A DNA stretch of 64,000 nt from Trichoplax sp. H2 (Eukaryota). The position numbers were made by a program, and so were the translations under genes. Location: assembly GCA_003344405.1 (NCBI GenBank), contig NOWV01000015.1, positions 620,001 to 684,000 of the forward strand, in the 5' to 3' direction. Shown here piece after piece: positions 13,101 through 24,200 of this stretch (position 1 is its first letter; every line of letters starts with the position of its first letter). The notes under the pieces are model-generated. The model made no database searches. It saw only the letters and a list, made by a program, of their open reading frames with translations, and had not been told where the DNA came from.

Positions 13101-16100
13101 TTCTATTCTACCATAAGATGTGGGATACCAGCAATGGCAAACTAATTTTCTCATGTCGTTGCCCTCATCGGGTTTCCGCCTGCTCATTTTTCGATGATTG
13201 CAATAAATTAATGTGCATCTGTCGAAACACAGTATGCATGTGGAATGCTCATAATGGATCATCACTAGGCCAATTTTATTGCTCGGGAGAAATTACAGCG
13301 TCCGCCGTTAGCTTAGACAGTAAATTTTTTGCTCTGTGCGTTTACAATGTCTTCAAGAAGAAAGATATTTCTTTACAAGTAAGGAGTAACTTATGCACTA
13401 AACTATTGTAGCTACTTGCATTAAATCAGCTGTGGTAACCAATCATTTCGATTAGAACCTGTAGTAATTGGAATAAAACTACTAATATTTACCAAGAGTT
13501 GTACTTTCATCCGTTCTTTCTCCTAGGTATGGGATAATAAAAAGAAAAAATTAATATCTATCTACTACGGACACTCGAATAATATTTATAGTGTTCAATT
13601 TTCGCCAAATGATCAAACTATTGTTACTGCTTCCTATGATAAGACCATTAAGATATGGCACCGTAATAAGAAAAAATTAAATCGCGCCGTTCAAGTTAAG
13701 AATAATTTACCCAGTTTAGAGTTATACGAATGCAAATTTATCGAAAACTGCCTTGTAGTTTATGCGGTACATGACGAAAAAAATCGATTAAAGGTAGGTT
13801 ATATGGTCCGGAGTATTTTGCTTGATTCGTAGGGAGATAATTATACCTCTTACCAAGATATCACCGATTCTGTTAAAAGGAAGTTAACAACTTTTACTTT
13901 ACCATCATTGGATGAAATTTCTGTTATTCATTAATTGCTATACCTCAAGTACGGCCTGATCATTTCTATATAATTATCCACGTGTAGAAATTACAATTTT
14001 CAATAATTTATTGAGTACTCGATGTTTGCATTGATTAACTACCAGACCAGTAATTAAAACATTTTGAAATTGCAACAGTACAATAATATTTATTTATCAT
14101 TAACTTTTAATGTGTCGGCTTAAAAATGACAGCTAACCCTTAAGCAATCTTAAATTTAGTTTCCAATGCTTAAAATGATAGCGAATCTTCCTAAAATTAT
14201 AGTTTAAATAACATTTTCCACTTCCTTTTGAAAAGTCTAAATTAGAAATTACAATAATATATTCATCTTTTCTTGATATATCCAGTTTAGCTAACTATTA
14301 GCTATTCAATATTTTTGATATTAAAACTTTCAATTTGAATTTCCCATGACTTAATGAATCTTTTACTAATTTGTCCATTAATTGCTAGCAATATTTTATC
14401 GTCGCACTACTGCGTTAGTAAGACCTATTGTCATTGCTTTTGAAATCTATTCCACTATCCTGCTTTTAGATGTATGCTGGAACCGACAAAGAGTTTAAAT
14501 TAATCTCAAAGTATAGCACCTTTGGCCATAGAATTACCGCAATCTGTATATCAAATAACGGAAAGCAAGTTGCAATAGGTTTTAGTGAAGCTGGTGGAGT
14601 ACAGGTAAGAGGAGATGTGAACCATTTTTAACTAAGAATTTTATACTTATACAGGTAAAATTGCCTATCTGCAGTCCTTTACTTAGCAAATTCATAACGT
14701 CTATTATAGATAAATATCTTAGCATTTTATTACTCTCTAGTTATTATCCGCCAACGACATCAAGAATTGCCTATGGCATGTTAAAGGAAACTTGTGCGAG
14801 ATGACGTGTATTACGTTAATCAAATTTAGCAGCAATGATAACAATTTGCTTGTTAAAGATGGCAACCGGCAATTATTTGTAAGTTGTATCATTTATCTTA
14901 GTTCTATGGATTGAACAGATTAGTTAGAAAGTCAACTTAAAACATCAAATTAATTTTGAAATGGGTTAGGTCTTAAGCTCGACCGGAGCTGTACTCTTTA
15001 AGAGTGGTAAAAATCATGGCGATATCACCGGTTGTGCGATATTTCCAACTGGCCAAAGAGTTCTTGGTTGCTATGACGAAAGTTTTAAAGTACGTTATCC
15101 TGTCATTCTATTTATTTTCTTCTTTAATTTTGCTGGAAAATAAGATTTTATAAAATGCCTTTCCTTCTAAACTAATTCGTAATATTTAATTGTTCTTAAA
15201 TGAATTATTCTAGATTTGGCATTGCTATGACGTAAGCCAAGTTGTCACTGTTAGAGCGCATAACGATATTATTGCGCATTTCGATATCTCTTATGACGAA
15301 AATATGCTAGCAACTCTCTCCTTTGACAAGATAGTCAAGGTGAGTCGTCAAGTCTGCTAATATTCAAGCTAAATCATAAAACTGTAAAGTTTTTGCTAAA
15401 ATATTGCAATATATCTACAGCACATTATATAGAGGAGTTCCAAGTTCAATCAAAACGCATGCAAATTATAATACTTTCTGCTAATTAAAAGTTTGCCAGT
15501 ATAACTCCTATTGGACGATACTATATCTGCAAGATCAAGGATCAGAGCATAGAATTACATAGATTTTCACTGAAAGTATACAGAATTAACAAGTCTTATA
15601 TAAAATATAAAATACTTAAGCTAAATCATAGGATGTTAAAGTTCATATTTAAACATGAATACTGTACCGGTACCAAAGGATTCTATTATCGCACTCTGAA
15701 TCCACTGTATATAAGAGAGCTGAGTTAAAATGTTCATAAAAGCTTTTTAGCCTTTATTAAATAAAAATATATTAAAAACAATTATGCTATAACCTATCAC
15801 ATATAGAAACTCAGTGCTGAAATATATCTAACACATAGTACCTGCTTAATGCTGTACAGTAATTATATGATTGAAACTTATCATTTTACGGCATATTGCT
15901 CATAGATTTGGGATTGCACCACTGGTTCACAATTGGCTTCCTTAGATCACTACTCTAGCGTTAATACTTGCAAATTTTCAATCAACTGCCAATTTTTGGC
16001 CACTTGCTGTGTTGATGGTTCAGTTAAGGTAACGATGACCTATAAATAAGTACGTTAATGTTCATACGATATTATTATTTATCCTAATTTTGAGTATGCA

Positions 16101-16777
16101 GAAACTTTAAAGGTATAACTTTATTCCAATACTTAGATTAGCTGCCTATACTGTATTGTGTGATTTGTCATTTTATGAATGTAAAGTAAAAGTTGACTGA
16201 TTTTCATATCCTTTCTGTTTCGGATACAAATTAATAATACGAAAAGTAGAACTGTTATTAAAAATAATTCATATAGAGGAAATTTTAAGAGTTGAATGTT
16301 TTTAATGTTACGATGATAGCTTAACAGAACATTTAGCCATCAAATTGATGTAAGGTTGAAACTTTAAAAATTGAAAAGGTCTTTCTTCTCAATTAGATGT
16401 GGAATGTTCGGTCTGGAAGATTGCGATACCGATTTCACGGCCATACGACCCAAGTTTTAAATTGTTATTTCATGCAAGACGATAGAATTCTCTTAACTGT
16501 AGGTGATAGTTTAGCTTGGTGGCAAATTGAAGATGAAGAATTAATCCAACGCTTCCCATTATATGGTAATGCATCGATGGCTTATTACGCTGATGATATG
16601 AAATCATTAGCTACAACAGATGATAAAGGGTATTTTTATTTTCTATCTCAAATTGTACCTAAAAATGAAGCGCCACGACGGCTATCCTTCGATCGACGAT
16701 TGTCATTCGACCGTCGAATATCATTTGACAGACGAATATCGTTTGATAAAAAAAAGGAATCATGTATAATTTGTTAG
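4179..16777 (+). CDS. APAF1: Apaf-1-like apoptosome scaffold: CARD - NB-ARC - HD1/WHD/HD2 - WD40 propellers, ~1302 aa. Exons: 4179-4527, 7760-8029, 8904-9026, 9137-9291, 9469-9923, 10139-10448, 11093-11274, 11502-11634, 11743-11871, 12299-12424, 12574-12699, 13118-13378, 13527-13793, 14470-14604, 14741-14878, 14970-15089, 15214-15339, 15906-16028, 16397-16777
   Basis: N-terminal CARD (MDELQRKAIIDHWDRLVEEL...IDYLVADRII), Walker A GSEGSGKT, Walker B LLILDDV, sensor I KLVTTR, CAPMAIALIG (GxP region), LHD motif, many GH...WD repeats. All introns are GT-AG and phases join into one frame (3909 nt). Confidence 0.93.
6670..7655. repeat. Degenerate tandem array, ~9-10 copies of a ~105 bp unit, in Apaf-1 intron 1
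   Basis: Core tttgaaattggtttattatcaccttt...ctagc...tatagcacctt..tttcgataaa.ctgtgctaagcaatgag recurs at ~6786, 6889, 6997, 7099, 7214, 7322, 7427, 7531, 7634. Confidence 0.88.
8245..8705. repeat. Diverged intronic tandem repeat, ~3 copies of 150-190 bp
   Basis: atcag(c/t)tt.t...gtcta...aag(t)...tata...ttg...ag....tgattgag recurs at ~8248, ~8438 and ~8590. Confidence 0.5.
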
Positions 16778-17469
16778 ATTCTATATGTAAGACGTTAAGT
16801 GGCTGTCTTTTTTCGGATACTGTTCATATTTATAACTGTTACAACAGGTTTTATCCATGATAGTGATCAAATAAAAGCGGAAACATATTTAGGCTAGGTT
16901 AAAAGACTTTTATCGGTGTTATTAGAAACTTATTAATGTTAAGCACCGGTAACGTATAATCTATGTATATATTTTATATACTAATATATCCACAAAATTG
17001 ATTGCATTTGAGAATATAAGGCTGAAATATCAATTTATAGTATTCGCGGGAAAAAATTTGAGATGTGTTAAAGTATATAATAGTCAATAATACATAGAGT
17101 TGTATACATGGAATTTCATTAATGATATTCAAGAAATTGATATGGTATCAATGTGTAAAAGCACAATAGATGTGTGATAATACTAAATGATTATAGAGAT
17201 CGAGTGAAAGACTTCTAAAGATATTTAAAAATGTTTTTATCATGACTTTTAATTTTTTTAAAATCTTTCAAAAGAATGATACTCCTATATAACAGAAAAT
17301 TAATAGGATATTTAAAGTGTCGGCAATTATAAACTTCATTTTGTTACAATTTCACAGTAAGCACAAACAACTTCAAGATTTTATATATTAAATGCTATTT
17401 TGATACTGCATAAAAAATAAAAATCAATTTAAGAATAACTGTGCATTAATTATCAAAGACACTGAGTCA

Positions 17470-19610
17470 AACATTGCATATGGGATATTTTAAAATATCA
17501 TTCCATTTGCCCAGATCGTTCATGTAATATTATGATAGATGATTTTACCAACGTTACGAGGACCAATATAAATCCCTCGTATCAGATTATTATGGCATTG
17601 GCCTTGATTTAATGCTCTGTCATACGCATTAAAGTAAATCTTTTGTTCTAAAGCTGTAAGATCATAAAATAGAATATAAAACATATTACATTATATGAGA
17701 AAACACTTGCTACAATTTCAGGATTATAACGGTATAGCCATGCTGGTATCATTTCCTCAAAATAGTCTAACAACATTATACACAGCTCTTCTAGCCATCG
17801 ATCGAATCTGTTGCCGCCTCTGGGTTCTCTTTAAATTGTTCTTTGCCAAAGTAGTAAGAGCATGGTTTTACTCAAGCCTGAAAATCTAATGCTGAATGAT
17901 TTCTCATATGCTGAAAGAGCCTCATCATACATGCTTTGACTTTCATAGGCAAATCCTATGTTGTAATATAAATATCCGAGATCGGGATGATTTGTAACAA
18001 GGACTGATAAATTAATTCTAAGTGACTTGTCAAACATAGAATGAGCCTCATAATGCTTGATTTGTTTTCGTAGAAAACTCCTAGGTTGTGATATAAATCC
18101 GTAACATTGAGATGACCTTCACTGAAGACTGATAATCAAATATTAAGTGACTTGTCATATATAGAAAGAGCTTCAAATACTTTCTTTTCTTAATATTAGC
18201 ATCTCATATGCTTTCATATGACTGAGCAACATCGGAATGACTTTGACCAAGAACTGACAATCGGATATTAAGTAATTCATACATAGAAAGAGCCTCGTCA
18301 TACTAGCTTTGATTTTTATAGAAACTCCCATATTTTTATATGAATTTGCAACATCAGAATGATTTTGACTAAAGACTGATAATCGAATACTAAGTGATTT
18401 ATCACACAAAGAAAGGGCCTCATTGTACTGAGTTGATTCCTGTAGATAAATCCTATGTTTTCATACGAACCTGCAACATCGAAATGGTTTTGACCAGAGT
18501 GATAACTAATCGAACATTAAGTGATTTATCATACATAGAAAAAGCCTTGTTATACTTGCCTTAAATTTTATAGATAATTGCCGTGTTATTGTATGAATCT
18601 GTAACATCGGGATGATTTTGACTAAGAACTAGTAATCGAATATTAAATGATTTATCATACATAGAAAGAACCTTATCGTACTTGCCTTTGTCTCTGTAGA
18701 CAATTCTATGTTGGTATATGAATCTGCAGCATCAAAATGGTTTTGACCAAACACTGATAATTAATCGAATATTAAGTGATTTATCATACATAGAAAGAGC
18801 CTTGTCATACTTGCTTTGATAATGGAAGACAATTCCCATATTGCGATATAATTTGGCAACGTTGGGATGATTTTGACCAAAGACTAATAATCGAATATTA
18901 AGGGATTCATCATACGTAGAAAGAGCCGAGGCATACTTGCCCTGATTTTTATAGACAGATCCAATGTTATCATAAGAACATTCACATCGGAATGATTTTG
19001 ATCAAAGACTAATAATCGAATATTAAGTGACTTATCGTACATAGAAAGAGACTCGTCAAATTTGTTTTAATAATTAAAGATAATTCCCATATTGTTATAT
19101 AATTTAGTAACATCGGAATAGTTTTGACCAAGGGCTGATAATCGAATGTCAAGTGATTTATCATACATAGAAAGAGTTTCTTCATACTTACTATAGTACG
19201 TAAGAGCGCTCCATTTCATGATATGAATTAGCAATATGCAAATCATCGTTATCTAAACATTTTAGTTTTATTTCTAGTGATTTTTACTATCTTCTAATGC
19301 TCTATTCCAATCGTTTTGAGATATTTTAATCTGCCTCTGTCAGTATAAGCATTCAGTCTTTTTGACTTCATCTTACAGTTTATTAGCCGGGTGTCGCCCC
19401 TTCGCAAGCCATTCATTGGCTTTCAAGATTTCATATTGCAACCTGTAAGTATTATTAATTTCAAGAGAAATATCGCACCGAAGTCCATCAAAATCAGTAG
19501 AAGTATAGACATTGATTCAATTTCATCTATAGTTTGAGTAAAATAAGTCAACTTTCCCTAAATTGTATGCGGTCCGGTATTACTGACCCTGTTTGAATGA
19601 TGATAGCACA
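17470..19610 (-). pseudogene. Truncated pseudogene paralogue of the adjacent TPR-Roc-COR-DD gene (~11 42-aa TPR units plus start of Roc)
   Basis: 126-bp periodic TPR units; in-frame stops (TAA 18563-18561; TGA for TGG at 17759-17757); several frameshifts. The intron acceptor before Roc is kept (17654), followed by ALEQKIYFNAYDRALNQGQCHNNLIRGIYIGPRNVGK, then a +1 frameshift at ~17545. Homology is lost near 17470, so there is no COR or DD. Confidence 0.88.
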
Positions 19611-21202
19611 TAGTCAAGGATAGTAGGGATAGTAGATATAGTGGGCGGATTAATAAAGTGGAATTATATCAAACTAACATAGAAAATGCAGGTTCATGAA
19701 ACTCAACTGCCAAATCAAATTATTTAAAGCTTAGGCGAGTTAATATGCACTATCGTAGATGATAACACAAAAGAAGACCAGAAATGATATGTGATGTATG
19801 GTAAATTAATACAATGTACAATCAAATATCTATAACTCAATAATGAAACATAATATGAGGATTGTGGTATGATGTAAGATGGCTTACATTAATATCGATT
19901 AGATATTTTCAATTTATAATCGAACCTAGATAGGACTAGTGAGTGTTATGACGGTTATGTAGTTTTGATAGCTTACCAGTCGCGGTTCGATCATGAACAA
20001 GTTACTTAAATTTAGCTATAATGTTATAATAGATTTTCACGCCATTGGACCATGTGTATCGTCCACGTTACCATCACACCAGTGGATCGAAATTGCAGTT
20101 AATGGGTAAACGAATACCGTGCAAAGAATAATTAATTTACATGCACTCCGTTTTTATAAATATCAATTTAACTACCGATATACGGTAAAAATGGAGGTAA
20201 TTTTATAAAATTGATGATGCTATCCAACCTGGCATGCTTAAATCATCTAAATCGTTTATATTTAATGCATTTAGAATCATTTGATTCAGATATATATTAG
20301 CTATATCATCAATCAACATATGCGTATAAATACCTTATAAGTGACACGTTAAAGAGTTAATAGCTATACTAGCAGAGTAAGACATCATATAAGATATTAT
20401 ACCAATATGTACTGTAGATAATTAGCTCATTTAGCAGAATTACAGTATAATCATGAACGAAGTTTTAGGCCAAGATCATGACTTAGCTTGTAATTTTAGA
20501 GATGTGGGTTGCCAAATAATGAATTGCAATTTACTGTACGTTCTCACTATTTTTATATGCATTATGTGCGTATACAACAAGAATTCGTACAGTCACAGCG
20601 GATATACTATAAATAAATATAGTAAATGTATGTGTAGTCTATTCAGATAATTTGGTAGTATCTACCGGGCCAAAATAAATAATTATAAGCATTTACATAT
20701 ATAGCTTTATTCTATATTAAATGCTGCTAGATTTATCAATGTATTAAATAATTAATACAAGTGTAAGCGCATCTGGATAGTAAAATTGAGAAATATTTGA
20801 AGATCCAAAAGAACTGAGCGGCCTTTAGTAATGATTCATAAGCTATTTAGTAGGCTTCCAGCTAATAATTTAAATAAGATGATATAAATCATATTTTGTA
20901 TCAAAACATTGTAATTTCACTTTTTCAAAATCACACGGGAAAAAATTAAATGAAGATTGGCTTTGTTATAATAAGCATATTGCGTATAACATTATCGTGA
21001 CAGTTAAGTTACTGAGTTAAAATAATAGCGTATCTAACTGATTTAACTACCAGTGACTGCAAAAACTTGATCTGTTTCAACTAAAGTACAGAAAGAATTT
21101 AAAATAAATTTCAACTGTAGGATTTGACTGTACTATTAGATAAGTCAATCCAAATATATTACAAATTGCAATCTGCAGCACAAAAAAAACTTTGAATACT
21201 GG

Positions 21203-24200
21203 TTATTCACGCTGTAAGAGTTTCGTTCGCTTCTTCTCCAATATAATATCATTTCTGTTTATCATTTTTAAAGCAATCTGCAATTCATTAAGGCTCGCAT
21301 TTGGCTGTTTCGTTTTGTACCACAAATTAAGTAATTGCTTCGCTTGGTTATATACGTGATCGCGATTTTGTTCCTTGATAACCTCAACATCAATAGCTGG
21401 ATCTAGCACCGTTGCTAATTTTATCCAATCTAAACCAATAGAGCTTGCAATAGAATGAAAATAATTTCTAGGATCTGCTAAATATGAGTGTGTATATACA
21501 TCACAGTTAGTCTTTAAATTTTTTAATGGCGAATAAGCTATGATATAAATCCACAATAGTTTACTGTTAACTAGCTCAAACGTTTCAATCGTGATTGGAA
21601 TGATTTGTATCATTATTTACATAATCACAATATGAATAAAATAGACGATAGCTCGTATGCTCATTAGAGTATGTTTATTTAAATTACTTCACAGCTATTG
21701 ATTATATTTAGTATTCAAACTTCTTAAAAGAAACAGTATGGAAACTGGTTTCACCTTTATCATTCGCGTCTATCCATCGCTCTATGGGATTGTAAGGAAA
21801 TTTTAGATTAGTAATCGTAAGAAGTTTTATCGAAACGGAGCAGCAACGCTACATACTGAATTCACGTATACAGTATATAAATACTCTGTAAATTTACAGT
21901 CGTATTTATATATGAGTTTTTAATTTAAATAGATTATACAGGTTCCTTTTATTACTTGCTTTTTATGTTTTCTAATGTTATACCATTATTCATACTAGCA
22001 TACGTGAAAGATAGTGTAAAGCTATGGAGTTAACGTATTCTACTCTTGTGTTGCTCATATTCTCATATAGTAACATTTTACTTGCTTATTTTAGTTCTTG
22101 CTATGCAATTACTATTGATAAAATCATAGTTATCGTAACAGTAGTTTAAAGATTTTATATAAGGAAACCCGAGACGCAAAGATTATTTGCTGGTTACTGT
22201 TATTATCAAAAGATGTCGAAGTTACGCGAATCATCATGATTATCTATAGAAATAATGATACAGATAGATCTTAAATACTTACCCATCCATAACTTTTCGT
22301 CATAAACCATCCAATCGCCAAGAGATTGACTTGCAAATCGCATTCTACAATGTTGACACTGAATCCAATTTATATCTCCCGCCTTATATTTATCGACAAT
22401 ACTCGTTTGCTTGCAACATTCACTGCATTTAATGTAAAATCGACAACTAGCTCCTCGAAATCTTATCATTCTTTTATCCACTATCGACATTAATCTATTT
22501 TTAACAACATCTTGAGGCCGGTTATGATATATAGAATTCTTAACTTTATCTATAACTGGCTTGGCAATAATTGATCTATTTATTTTCTGAAAGCAATATT
22601 GTAATCCTATATAAGATTCCTCTTTCTTGACAATGAGATAATGATCATCATCTGCTAGATAATATTTAGCACATTGATAATATAGTTCTACATCAGTATT
22701 ATTCCATTGTTTTAAGCATGATGAAAGTAGACAGTAATAAATTCCATCTGGGATATAAGGAATATCTTGACTGTCGTATCCGATATAAAGCCAATCTGAT
22801 ACATGATATTTTGATAAATCAAATGGCTTAGCATCATCTCTCAATAAATATGGAACAAAATATTCATATTCTACTGCACTACATGTATTGCCTTCTTCAT
22901 GTCTAATGGCACATATAATATCATACGCCTCCATTAGATTCAATATTGACTTTTTACTATTTTCATCCAAATTAAATTTATCGATAGCATAATCGATGTA
23001 ATTTCTTGATAATTTTCCTGTTTCACTGGCTTTTTGGTATTCATATCTCACTTGTAGACTACCATCTAGATGATCTTTTAGTTGAATGATTGCACGAAAT
23101 ATATTTAATAACCAATCGACATTAGTTATAACAATTCCTGAATCGCCTACTTTATGGCAAAATATAACTTCTCCTAAATCATGTAAGTACATTAGCATAT
23201 CTCTTAATTCATCATCACTTTCGTACAATCCATACTCTTGAGCTAAGTATTTTATTTCTTGCACTGTCATGATATTATTCACTTGAGTAGTTCTTATTAG
23301 ATTAATAGTACGAGATATCGATTGATTGTTATGCTTATGTAGAGATGCGCTTAATATTGTAGCCATAATGTACCATCGAATAGGAACAGGATTACGAATA
23401 AATGGTAACGATTGTACAAACGTTTTAATAACGTAATGTAAATGAAGACAATATTGCTGACGTTGCTCCACTGTCGATGGTCTATTATCATCAGGGTCGC
23501 AATTAAAAATTATACCAGAAGAGTAGATATGACTCTTATAAGACGGTATAGAAGATATCAGCTCTCTAACAAATTGTTTAAATCGACGATGTCGTTCTTC
23601 TTCATGTTTAATGCAATCGCTATGGGAAGCTACTAGAATAATTATAGGTAATGAGTATTGTGCATGGTCATCGTTGACGTTAACGTCAATTTTACTTTGA
23701 TTACTGTGGCCTCCTATAATTGATGTTAACCATTCTTGCATAGCCTTTAAATATGTCATTTTAAGTACTTGTCCATCTCTTGTTAGCACATTAGCGTTAA
23801 TATCTTGATTAATGTTAAATGTGAGAATATATATACTATTAGCAGACATGAATGGATGATGTGTAACATGATAGATTGCGTGACCTCCGAAATCCCATAT
23901 TTTAATATATTGGTTATTATCACGATTATTTTTGTTTTGGTTTATGATTGATGAACAATAATGCTCATGTAAGCTAATTACAGGCTGAGATTGAGTTTGT
24001 ACCGTTTTTGACGATATAAGAGCTCCTACATCATCGATAATACCTATAGGAGAATGTGGTTTATCTTCGAATTGATTTTCCTCAGATAGATCATCCATGC
24101 TAATTTGTTGATCTATGATACTGGTATCCGTTGTTTGCTGACTGATATTTTGCTGATTCTCTGCTGTTACTTCTGCTAATTGTTCTATGACTGTTGTCAC

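Noticed and set aside
17695-17889. Plus-strand ORFs 17695-17889 and 24578-24766 resemble each other (FPQNSLT..ALLAID)
   Set aside because: They are antisense shadows of the duplicated minus-strand TPR exon end, not a separate gene family.
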